Below, piece after piece: positions 49,633 to 61,269 of a stretch of DNA of 64,000 nucleotides. The DNA is from Selaginella moellendorffii. Lineage: Eukaryota; Plantae; Lycopodiophyta. The translations under genes were made by a program, and so were the position numbers. The notes under the pieces were generated by a model that had not been told where the DNA came from, made no database searches, and saw only the letters and a list, made by a program, of their open reading frames with translations. The stretch lies in NCBI RefSeq assembly GCF_000143415.4, contig NW_003314267.1, forward strand, positions 703,394-767,393, given 5' to 3'. Each line of letters begins with the position of its first letter. Within the stretch, counting starts at the first letter, position 1.

Positions 49633-52600
49633 ATGGAGCCGCGGCGCCAGGCAAGAACGCTCCTGGTCTTCTTCTTCGCGATATTTCGGGCGCTAGATCC
49701 ATCGGCAGGCCAGGATTCGTGCTCTGTGACAGAGATTGAAGCGCTGGAAGCCTTCCAACGAGGGGCGAGCTCGCTGGAGCTGTCGTCATGGTCTAGGAAT
49801 TCGAGCTGCTGCCAGTGGCGAGGTGTCAGATGCGCGGCGTCGATCGATCAAGCCTACCGGGAGGCCGGCATCGATTACCGCGTCCAGGAAATCCGCCTCT
49901 CAGGATTGAAGCTCCGGGGCGGAAATATTATCGACAGCCTAGCGAGATTGCGCGGCCTCAGCCATCTCGATCTCTCCAGCAATGCTCTCTCCGGCTCCTT
50001 CCCAGGCAACGCTTCATCGCTTCCCAGGCTCGAGCGGCTCGACTTGAGCGCCAACAATCTCTCGGGACCGATCCTCCTTCCTCCAGGTTCGTTCCAGGCG
50101 GCTAGCTATCTCAACCTCTCCTCGAATCGCTTCGACGGCTCCTGGAATTTCTCCGGAGGGATCAAGCTCCAGGTGCTCGATCTCAGCAACAACGCTCTCT
50201 CTGGCCAGATCTTCGAGAGCTTGTGCGAGGATGACGGTAGCTCCCAGCTACGCGTGCTGAATTTCTCGGGCAACGACATCTCGAGTAGAATTCCAGCCAG
50301 TATCACCAAATGCCGCGGCCTGGAAACTTTCGAAGGGGAAGATAATCGCCTCCAAGGGAGAATTCCATCGTCCCTGTCGCAGCTACCACTGCTACGATCC
50401 ATCAGGCTCTCGTTTAACTCGCTTAGCGGCAGCATTCCAAGCGAGCTGAGCTCTCTCGCCAACCTCGAGGAGCTATGGCTCAACAAAAACTCTATCAAAG
50501 GTGGAGTGTTCTTGACGACGGGGTTTACGTCGCTGCGAGTTTTCTCGGCTCGGGAGAACAGGCTTTCCGGGCAGATCGCGGTGAATTGCTCCAGCATGAA
50601 TTCCTCGCTCGCGTATCTGGACCTCTCATACAACTTACTGAATGGAACCATCCCGGCAGCGATCGGCGAGTGCCACCGTCTCGAGACGCTTGCATTGACT
50701 GGGAACTTCCTCGAGGGCCGGATACCATCTCAGCTGGGATCTCTCACGAACCTCACGACACTAATGCTCTCCAAGAACAATTTGGTCGGGAGGATTCCTC
50801 TCGAGTCTCTGCGTGAGTGTTCGAGCTTGGTGGCTCTGGTCCTCTCGAAGAACTATTTCTCAGGAACTCTCGACATGGCGCCATCGCCAGTGGGGAGCTT
50901 CAGGAACCTCCAGCTGCTCGCGGTCGGGAACTCGAACCTCTCCGGCACCATTCCTCTGTGGCTGACGAACTCGACCAAGCTACAAGTCCTGGACCTGTCG
51001 TGGAACAGTTTCACTGGAGAGGTTCCACTCTGGATCGGGGACTTCCACCATCTCTTTTACGTGGACTTGTCCAACAATTCCTTCTCGGGTGCGCTCCCGG
51101 ACCAGCTTGCCAACTTGAAATCGCTCCGAGGCGACGAGATCGACACCTCGGGCATCAAGGCCGTCGAGAGCATCCTCTTCGTCAAGCACAAGAACAACAT
51201 GACTCGGCTGCAGTACAATCAAGTGTCTGCGCTGCCTCCCTCGATCATCCTCGCCAGCAACCGGTTCCACGGACGGATTCCCGACGGCTACGGCGCTCTG
51301 AGAAGATTGGTGTCGTTGGACCTGGGCATCAACTTACTCTCGGGAGTGATCCCGGCAAGCCTGGGGAACTTGAGCAACTTGGAGTCGATGGATCTCTCGC
51401 AGAACTCGCTGGGTGGAGCAATTCCCACGACGCTGACGAGACTCTTTTCGCTGGCCAGGCTCAACCTCTCGTTCAACAAGCTCGAAGGCCCGATCCCGCT
51501 GGGCAACCAGTTCTCGACTTTCACGGCCTCGGCCTACGCTGGAAACCCAAGACTCTGCGGATATCCACTGCCGGATAGCTGCGGTGATGGAAGCTCTCCA
51601 CAGTCACAACAACGTAGCACCACCAAGAGCGAGAGAAGCAAGAACTCCTCGAGCTTGGCAATCGGGATCGGCGTCAGCGTGGCACTTGGAATCAGGATTT
51701 GGATCTGGATGGTGTCGCCCAAGCAGGCCGTCCACCACCGAGACGACGAGGAGGAAGACTCCGCCGCGGAGCTCCGGGACCTGTCCGAGATGATGAAGCG
51801 CACGGTGGAGGTGTTCCACAACCGGGAGCTCCTCCGGACCCTGGTCAAGCAGCAGCGCCCGCTCACCAACGCGGATCTCGTCAAGGCGACGGACAACTTC
51901 GATCAATCCAACATCGTGGGCTGCGGCGGATTCGGGCTGGTGTTCGTGGCCAGCCTCCCCGACGGCACCAAGGTGGCGATCAAGCGCCTCACAGGCGACT
52001 GCCTCCAGGTGGAGCGCGAGTTCGAGGCAGAGGTCCAAGCTCTGGCTATGGCGGACCACCCCAACCTGGTAACGCTGCAGGGCTACTCCAGCTATGGCGA
52101 GCACCGGCTACTCATCTACTCCTACATGGAGAATGGTAGCCTGGACAGCTGGTTACACGAGAGCGCGAAGCACCTGGATTGGTCCACGCGGCTGGACATT
52201 GCCAGGGGGGCCGCGCGGGGATTGGCGTACCTCCACCTGGCCTGCCAGCCACACATCGTCCACCGCGACATCAAGTCCAGCAACATCCTCCTGGACGGCC
52301 GATTCGTTGCCCACTTGGCGGACTTTGGTTTGGCCAGGCTGATGCTGCCGACGGCCACCCACGTCAGCACGGAGATGGTCGGAACGCTGGGGTATATCCC
52401 GCCGGAATATGCGCAGAGCTGGATGGCGTCCCCGAAGGGCGACGTGTATAGCTTTGGCGTGGTGCTGCTCGAGCTACTGTCGCGGCGGAGGCCTGTGGAT
52501 GTGTGTAGGGCGAATGGAGTGTATGATCTTGTGGCGTGGGTGAGGGAGATGAAAGGGGCGGGGCGTGGAGTGGAGGTTATGGATCCGGCGCTAAGAGAGC

Positions 52601-52728
52601 GGGGGAACGAGGAGGAGATGGAGAGAATGCTAGAGGTGGCGTGCCAGTGTATAAACCCTAATCCGGCGAGGCGGCCCGGGATCGAGGAGGTGGTGACGTG
52701 GCTCGAGGGGATTGGTCACGGAGTGTAG
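49633..52728 (+). CDS. LRR receptor-like kinase, phytosulfokine-receptor-like (LRR-X), intronless
   Basis: Signal peptide, CCQWRGVRC cap, about 20 LRRs, island motif LQYNQVSALPPSI, TM, and a kinase with GCGGFG, HRDIKSSN, DFG and GYIPPEY. Confidence 0.95.
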   Translation: MEPRRQARTLLVFFFAIFRALDPSAGQDSCSVTEIEALEAFQRGASSLELSSWSRNSSCCQWRGVRCAASIDQAYREAGIDYRVQEIRLSGLKLRGGNIIDSLARLRGLSHLDLSSNALSGSFPGNASSLPRLERLDLSANNLSGPILLPPGSFQAASYLNLSSNRFDGSWNFSGGIKLQVLDLSNNALSGQIFESLCEDDGSSQLRVLNFSGNDISSRIPASITKCRGLETFEGEDNRLQGRIPSSLSQLPLLRSIRLSFNSLSGSIPSELSSLANLEELWLNKNSIKGGVFLTTGFTSLRVFSARENRLSGQIAVNCSSMNSSLAYLDLSYNLLNGTIPAAIGECHRLETLALTGNFLEGRIPSQLGSLTNLTTLMLSKNNLVGRIPLESLRECSSLVALVLSKNYFSGTLDMAPSPVGSFRNLQLLAVGNSNLSGTIPLWLTNSTKLQVLDLSWNSFTGEVPLWIGDFHHLFYVDLSNNSFSGALPDQLANLKSLRGDEIDTSGIKAVESILFVKHKNNMTRLQYNQVSALPPSIILASNRFHGRIPDGYGALRRLVSLDLGINLLSGVIPASLGNLSNLESMDLSQNSLGGAIPTTLTRLFSLARLNLSFNKLEGPIPLGNQFSTFTASAYAGNPRLCGYPLPDSCGDGSSPQSQQRSTTKSERSKNSSSLAIGIGVSVALGIRIWIWMVSPKQAVHHRDDEEEDSAAELRDLSEMMKRTVEVFHNRELLRTLVKQQRPLTNADLVKATDNFDQSNIVGCGGFGLVFVASLPDGTKVAIKRLTGDCLQVEREFEAEVQALAMADHPNLVTLQGYSSYGEHRLLIYSYMENGSLDSWLHESAKHLDWSTRLDIARGAARGLAYLHLACQPHIVHRDIKSSNILLDGRFVAHLADFGLARLMLPTATHVSTEMVGTLGYIPPEYAQSWMASPKGDVYSFGVVLLELLSRRRPVDVCRANGVYDLVAWVREMKGAGRGVEVMDPALRERGNEEEMERMLEVACQCINPNPARRPGIEEVVTWLEGIGHGV

Positions 52729-52862
52729 TAAGTAGAGACGTTTTTACCTATTTGTCGCTGTGCCCCTTTGTGGATATTTATTTTTGGGGGAAAGCTCACG
52801 CAAACACGCAAGCACGGTGTTGCTTTGATTGAGGAGTTTGTTTCTAGGTTTTCTATTGCGCC

Positions 52863-54420
52863 ATGGAATCGTCCCTCGTGCTAGCGGCGGCCGCGATCGC
52901 TCTCCTGTTCTCGGCGGTGGCGCAGGTGATTGATTGGCAGGGTTTTTCCATTGCGCATTTGAGAATGCGGTGTGGTTTTTGCGATGGCAGGGCGTCAGGG
53001 TCGCGGAATCTGGGAAGCTCGATCTAGGGAGGCCGCTCTTGCAGGTATTGAGCTAGATTTTGCTTCTTTGCTAAGCTTTTCTGAAATTTTAGAAATCTAT
53101 CGTTGACATCGTGAACAATGACCCCAATGCCGGGTGGAAAGCGGGATTCAACGAGCGGTTCATCAATCACACGGTGAGTTTCGCTATAAATTCCAGGCAA
53201 GAGAAGTGACTGCGTTGTTCTTTCTTTTCAGGTGCGAGATTTCAAGAGGCTTTGCGGTGTTCTTCCAAAGTCATCAGAGGAAGTCCAGCCGTTGAGACCC
53301 TTGCGAAGCCACCCGAGAACTTTGGATCTTCCTAAGCATTTCGATGCCCGTGAAGCTTGGCCACAGTGTGCTTCCATCAAAACTATTCTTGACCAGGTGT
53401 GCTCTACTTGTACTGCTGTGTGGCTGCTTATGATCGCTCAATCTTTCGCCAGGGTCACTGTGGGTCATGCTGGGCTTTTGGAGCTGTCGAGGCACTGACG
53501 GATCGATTTTGCATCCTCAACAATGAAGTGAGTGGAGAATCTTTTCTTTTTTGTTCGTGTGCATTGTGATACAGATGCTTCGCTTTTCTCAGAATGTCTC
53601 GCTCTCCGAGAACGACCTTGTGGCCTGCTGTAGCTCCTGTGGATTTGGCTGTGAGGGTGGATATCCATATGCGGCTTGGGAATACTTTGCACAAACAGGG
53701 GTGGTGACGTCTCAAGTAAGGAGCTCCCAAGTTTCATAAACTCTAGTTTTCTAACTTGATACTTTCAGTGCGATCCATATTTTGATGGAAAAGGATGCAA
53801 GCATCCTGGTTGCGAACCTGAGTATGACACGCCGGTTTGCGTAAAGCAATGCGTGGACAATGAGCAGTGGAGGGACTCTAAACACTTCACGGTGCAAACT
53901 TACGCTGTCAACTCCGATATTTACGACATCCAAGCCGAGATTTACAAGAATGGGCCCGTGGAAGTTTCCTATACCGTATATGAGGTAAAAGTTTATGAGC
54001 GCTAGAACCTTTTTTTCGACTTATCGGTGTTAATTGTCGATGCAGGACTTTGCTCACTACAAGTCTGGAGTTTATAAGCACGTTTTCGGTCAAGTCCTGG
54101 GTGGGCATGCAGTGAAATTTATTGGCTGGGGCACCACCGATGATGGAAAGGATTACTGGGTAAGCAGTATGTGGCCTTTGGTGCATTCTTGAACTAGCGT
54201 ATTGTGTTTTTCTGATCTAGATTGTGGCAAACTCGTGGAACCGGTCATGGGGAGAGGTTAGTCATTGATCATAGCTCCGAAGCTTCAGGTTTCTAACCAA
54301 GAGCGTGTGTGTTCGCAGGACGGATTTTTCCAAATCTCTCGTGGTTCCAATGAATGTGGTATTGAGTCCGAGCCTGTGGCTGGAATCCCGCTCAAGAAAA
54401 CTGGATTCTCTGACATATAA
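52863..54420 (+). CDS. Cathepsin B-like cysteine protease, multi-exon
   Basis: [58 protein letters not shown]. Confidence 0.96.
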
Positions 54421-54596
54421 TTTGTAAATATGCTGTACACAGACTATTAACTCTATTCCTATTTCTATTTGTTAAATCCTATTGTCTACTATTGTCAACG
54501 GAGTGATAGAATTGTTTTTTGCGAGCGTAAAGGACAGACACAAGAGGGAACTACAATGTAGTGAGACTTATTTTTCATCATTTTTTTAATATTCGA

Positions 54597-55212
54597 TTGA
54601 CACACTAACGATATATCACTCCAGTCCTTCAGTCGGATTCTAGAGCCGCCGGGCAAATGGGAGTTTCCATATTGTCACCGTAAGCATTGGCCATGCACGC
54701 GAGCTTGTTTGGGCAGTCGTCGTCGTGAACTTTGCAAGGCTTCTAGCCTTTTGATCACGGTCTCCATGCTCCAACGCAAGCTATGCATTCTTCGTCCTTC
54801 ATTCATCCACAGGCTTTCATCGCCGCCAAAGACAATCTCTGTGACGAAAGCAAATCAAGTGGTTGAGCTGCGTGTCCTCTTACCTGAAATGTTGCTCGGG
54901 TAGAGGGTATATCCGTGTTTAAGTGTCAGGCGTGGATTCGGGTCTCTTTCAAAAGACGCTGGTGCAAGAGGACGCATCGCTCTTAGCAGGCCCCAAAGAA
55001 TCGTGGCTGAGGCTGTAGGAACCGATGGACTTGGATTTCGGATTGGAAGGCGCTGGCTTGGCACTCTCGGCAGCAGCTGGCGTTATTAGTCCTCGGAAAG
55101 AATCTAGCCTACCGGATCAAGAAAGCGCCAAGAAACGCTCGCAGAGCGCTCAGGATCGATGTGCTTGGCTTTCAAACAATAACGGTTACATGACAACGAA
55201 CGCCTGCCAGCG
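54597..55212 (-). pseudogene. Chimeric relic: 5' part of the coiled-coil gene fused to a copy of the kissper gene
   Basis: About 55212-54880 matches 45510-46080, and about 54853-54597 matches 42746-43112. Many microdeletions. Confidence 0.85.
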
Positions 55213-55753
55213 GGGCGCGGGCAGCACGCGGCAGGGGATTTTCCATGCTTTCGTTTCTTTTAGAAGTGTTTGGACGTAAGAATTTGGTCATTCCGGGCAT
55301 GTTTCTCAAAATTTCAGTATCACAAACATCTCATCAATTCAATAGAACGATTCAGTTTCTTCTTAGTTGACTATGGTTTGCTCTACAATCAACCAAGACA
55401 CTTCTACATCCACCAGATTCATTGTTTTGCCATTGTGTTTTTATTAATTTGCCATTTTCTTGGATATAACTTGTTTTTTAGCTTCTTTTTCTTCTTTGTT
55501 TTGCTATGGTGTTCTTGGATATCTTCTTCTTTGATTTGTACATGATTCTTCTTTAGTGCTGGTTTCTTGTAAGATAGCCAATTTAAGTGCTTTTGTTTGT
55601 CCTTTTTACATTATTTCAATCCATATGAATCTTTGGATTGCATGGCTTGGTCTTTTGTTTCATTTTCTATTTTCTTGCAGACTAGCAAACTGGGACTGGC
55701 TCATGACTTAGATTCCAAACTAAATAGATCCAAAAAAACTAAGTGGTTAATAT

Positions 55754-55756
<3 letters not shown>

Positions 55757-55814
<58 letters not shown>

Positions 55815-55828
55815 GTCTGTCTGTCTGT
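55757..55828. repeat. (CT)n(CTGT)n compound microsatellite
   Basis: Directly visible. Confidence 0.95.
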
Positions 55829-58800
55829 GTTTCTGCTGCAACGAGTTATCAGTCATTCCTTAGATCACTGGATCGCTCATTGCAGCAAACGAGCATGATC
55901 CAGCAGCCTGCAGCAGCCATAGCACTAACAACATTGGGACTGAAAACGAAGTAATTTATGAGAAATTAGGGTATCATCTTCTTTTGTGGAAGACAAAACG
56001 GGGCATCTTCCACATTCCAGACAAGATCATGAATGCTGGAGTAGATCTTCCATTTGACAATCCAAGTTCACTTTTCTACTACATTTGGGACCACACTCTG
56101 AGGGAAGGAAAATTCGGGATCCTAGAGGCTAGATTCGGAGACTCCAGATAGATTCAACATCATATCAGCACTAGTTAGTTGATCTATCTGGGATTTCCAT
56201 GAACTGCCTGGATGTTGAGGGGGATGGTGTGATCTTAGATTGGCATCAAGAACTTGGTTTGAGGTCCAAACTTTGAAGGAACAGTTTCAAAAGTTTTGTG
56301 CTTTTTCATCCAGCCAACAGAAACCAAAAGCAATGGCAGCTCTAGTGGGAAGAGGTGTTCTTGATGCTCACACAGTGGCAATTTTGCCTAAATTCTAACA
56401 AAGACCCCTGTCTTCATGTGAAAAGAATCAAATTATTCGTGTCATAGCTCAGTGTGACACAACAATAAGTAGTAAATCTTGCTTCTCTAATGAAGTTCTT
56501 TCTAATGCAATTCAAAGTGCTATAAAGAAAACACAATGTCATGGCCAAACTTGATCTCTTGAGACAACAGCTGAATGAATCACTTCACCAGTTCAATTAG
56601 TGTTTCCAGACATACATTTGCAAATGCAATGACTGAGGTAGATTCCATGAGCCTTCAAGTTGTCTGTACGTATGTCGATGCACTTCATCTCGACTTTGCT
56701 TGTAAAGTTCATTGAAAGGAGCTGGTCATTATAGAACTTGCAATTAGTGAGGCCGAAGCACAAGAACAAAAGTATCTTATCAAGATGGGAGCTACCTTGT
56801 TTGCTTGTGAAATTCTTTTCCACTGCTGAATATATGTATGCAAGACATTACCAAGATGATTCCAACCGTACTCACCACTATTAGTGAAGGGCATAAATGT
56901 CTGACTGAAAAATTGATGTTTGCTACTCTCAAACATGATCCCATACCAATTCATTCCTTGCTGGCAACTTCAATAGATGCTCCACTTGTCCTGCCAAGTT
57001 GTACAATGGGAGTTCCATCTCCTCCTATGCTCCCAATATATCAAGCGGGAAGTTACTTTTGACCAGAAGGGCAAGAAAGAGGAAACAATACAGATTATTG
57101 TATGGTCTTTCCTTCTATATACACTCCTCAAGCACCATGGCAATTTGCTTTGTTTGCTACTTCTATGCCACCTTGGTAACCACTGGGAACTCAATCTTTT
57201 CACCAGCAGCCATCAATGTCTTATTTCTACTGGGGCAAACCTGAACACATGGAAGAGTGATGCTTTATAAAACAACATGTTGCTCAAACTTGTAGATTTG
57301 TTTAGTGACTACGAACCTAAGGATTTGCTTTCATCAGGGGTTCTCATTGCCATACGTACTCAATGCACCGATGCAAATGAAACTTTTCAACAACTACAAC
57401 TGTCTCATTGCCATCAGATTGCAACTCTAAGTGCTCAGTCCAACCACTTTTACATCTGATGGTGTTGTGCCGTATTCTCTCTTCAATAACCTCAAGTCCC
57501 TGAAATCAATGACTTTTATAGCTCAAATTCTTTAAATAACTCCTTGAACTTTCAACAGCTATTCTTGACCTATGACAAGAAATTAGAATACATGTGATGG
57601 ATCCTAGAATACATGTGGTGGTTAATCCATCATCTGCTAAAAATTGAAATTTGCTATTTCTACAAAAACCTACTTAATCCTAAAAACCTTTGCTCCAATG
57701 GGATTTATCAAAAATGTGATTAGTGTTCTAGTGGTTGAGTTCCCATAAGAAGATTGAAACAATCGGTCATACTCCCTACTCTTAGGATGTAAGGAGTCTC
57801 AGCTCATATGGATTGGGATTATTGTTAAATGAACATTTCAGTTGGAGGCAATTAACCTCTTCTTTACAATATAGTAGATTGCAAGAAAAATTTCAACAAT
57901 TCTTTATGTGAGGTAACAGTTGATACACCACAAAAGGATTTCTCTTCCTTTTGATGAATGAAACTTGTGATAAAAAAAATTCCATCTTTTGTAAAAGGTG
58001 ATGAGTTCAATATAGTAAACCTTTGCTTTGATGTTCTATCTGAAATAAGAAATATCCTCATTTCACTAATGTATTATATGCTTTATTGAGAAATATCACT
58101 TCAAATCATTATCAACTATTTTGTGATGGTGATATTCATGGCTTCTTGATCATGATAATATTAGAGTAGTTTTACTTTGATTTATGGGCCAAGTTATATT
58201 TTCTTTATCATTTATTCACCTCTTCCAATGATGTCAAATATCACACTATAATTATTGTTTCTCAATGGGCTTATAATCATTATGTTTACACTTACATATG
58301 AGGTCAAATTTGCAGTTTCTAGTATGTCAAGTTTTATAAAATTATCAACCACTAACTTCAATTTCTTCTTTGATGTTGCTTTAACAATTTAATCTCTAGT
58401 ATATTATCCTACATGGTCATGGATGCTTTAGCAAAGTAGGGTCTTTAGATGCTAGTTACTTTTGACACTATCAAAGAAACAATATTGTCTTCATCTAATA
58501 AAGTAACCTTTGTCAATATCCTTCAGATTCATGTGGATGTCCCAATCTCCATGTGTATAAAACAATTGGTTAAAGACTTGGAGTTGGAAAATGTCATTAA
58601 TCAATACTAAATATAAGAATCAATGCACTACAATTATATTAAGCCATATATTGTGTAAATTAGTAAGCTTTTTTGCTTTTTGGTCCTAATAGTGTTTATA
58701 GAGAAATCATTTTTATAGCATTAATGAATATAGGGTTAAATTAAATGGCCTTCATAACACTCTTTATAGCATTTATTGCTTTTGATACAACAAATAAAAT

Positions 58801-61269
58801 ACTATAAAATACCATCAAAATTAAGTGAAGGGTAAGAGAAATAATCTTTAGTACTCACTTATAAACAATATTTAAATAAAATATTATACTAAACTATAAA
58901 CTATATGTATATTTTCAGATTTCATTTATATTTAGCAAATAAAAATAAAATTTTTATTTTTATTGTACTTATTAACATTGTATATTTTAGTGAGGGTGGA
59001 AATATAGACTCTATATTTTTATATTGGAATAGATTGAAGCAATACAAGAAAAAAATTGTATTATGTCAAAATAGAAATTTATCTTTAAAAAGTAAAGAAA
59101 TTTCTATATTACATCAAATAAGCATTTTAAATCTACCAATAGAAATCTGGTTAAAATTTAAAAAACTCAAATAATAATAAGTCAGATATTCATAGTTTAA
59201 ATATATGCATCTAAACACCCAAAAGATTATCTAAAAACAATTAAAATCCAGCTATCTATACAAATGAATAACAAGAAAGATATTCAAATTTAAACTTATC
59301 TTAATATTTACTGAATTAAATATGTTGTATGACAAAATAATCTTGTGCAACAATCTTTGACACTAATCAATAATTAATAAATATTACTTATTTCTTAAAA
59401 TATTTAATTTATTAAGTAGACAATTATTTGTACTTATATTGAGTGATGTGATTTAAAGGAAAAAATTCTTAAAACTACAAAAGGAAAAATTAATGAGATG
59501 TAAAAAGTTTATAGAGAGCTTAAATTTTATTATGCTGAAAGTGCTATCACTAGCTTGTCTTAAATCGTATTTTGTAGAAAGGTCCAACCTACTCAAACTT
59601 GAGACATTATACGAAGGGGACTCAGGTGTCAAGCAACAATAAGTTGACCTTAATCGTTTTTATGTTGTAATGTGAATTTCTCATTCTATTTACATTCATT
59701 TTGAGTTTGCTATTATTTAGATCAATTCGCATAACTTTAACATTTTAGGCGAGCTTGATAATACTGTAATAATAACATATGGAGAAAGTAAGCTTCATAA
59801 TGATGACTTCCTAAACATGATTTTTCAGGTATTCTAAAGCATGTGACTTCTAAAACATGACCAAGAGGATGTATATTCTGATCCACTGCTATAAGTTTGT
59901 AAAAGAGCATTGGACTTAATGATGAGTGTATTACAATCTTTTATATAAATAACTAATTGTTAAAGTTGTAAATTTATCAATCATACATAATTTTAATGAC
60001 AATCTATTTTTTTATAAGAATGACATACATATAAAGGTTTGTAATTTTATATAGTAATTTGATTTTAATATACATCATAACAATACAAATATTACTAACA
60101 AAAACAAATGATTTTAATATCAACTCCATAGATTTATCCATCCATTGTATAACCCTAGAAAAATAAGATGTCTTTAATTTTTTTCAGTGGTTCTAGAAGT
60201 TTATTTCTTGAACAATGGCCATTATGTGCTAAGATAAAATATGATAAATTATATAACATAAAGATTAAAACCAAACATAAAATATAAGAAACTAGTTAAT
60301 AGAATAATAAGTTTTCAACCTTTAATCAATATATTTGATTTTTTTTCTATCTAAATGCAAAGTTGCAAGAAAACTATAAATATTAAGCTTTATATAGGCT
60401 TAGAGTGTATAATTTTGTTTTAGCTTTAGTGCTTTATATAGTAAAAAACAATGAAAATATTATTATTTTTACATTCATTAAAATCTTATTCTTATAAATA
60501 TTCTATTTAAGTCTCATTTCCTAGGTTTATGTTTTGTTTATAGCATGTGAGTAAGGAGGAATGAAAGAACAAGTGGTTTAAAAATAATTTCAATCAAGTT
60601 AGAAACACAATAGACATAAGATTTGAACATAGAAGTGGGAAAAAACAAAATCCTCAAACTAAGAAATGCTACTCTTTGACAAAAATGTTTTGCAATGATT
60701 TTTTCTAAATAAAAAGTTTTCTTAGAGTTATTACAAGTTATGAGCATGTTCTAACCATAAGGATGTGGCACAAATAACAATAGAACAACAATAAACATAT
60801 CAACAAAGGCATGATGTGATAATGATTCATATAAATAATAACGATAAGAATTAAATAGTAATTTTGTATTGTTGAACTCATCCTTGATATTTACAAATTA
60901 TGTTCAGTCTGATAGAGATACCACTCATCATATAACATCAGGTCATTTGTTTTTTCAGCAAATAAACCATAGGTATGTATAACTAATGGTGAGGCATTGA
61001 GAATAACAACTTTTAAAAAGATTTTTATTCTTACTTTACTATGTAGGATAATTAATTTTTTATTTGTCCCAAAGTTTTCTAGACACATTTTTCCATTTTT
61101 AAACTTGCAAAGGATGGAGTTTATGCATACATAGGTAATAATCAGATGATCAAACAATAATAAATTTTATTTATAGACACATATATATTGCTCAAGCTAT
61201 TCCAAAGAATGGACTTTTTTTTCTTCCTCTAATCTTTATTAGTGCTAATATTGCCTCATTGTCTAACAA

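Noticed and set aside
50817-51578. 253-aa alternative-frame ORF
   Set aside because: Stop-poor alternative frame inside the GC-rich LRR-RLK.
58700-61200. Short AT-rich ORFs
   Set aside because: Low-complexity Ile/Lys/Phe-rich translations are expected from very AT-rich DNA.
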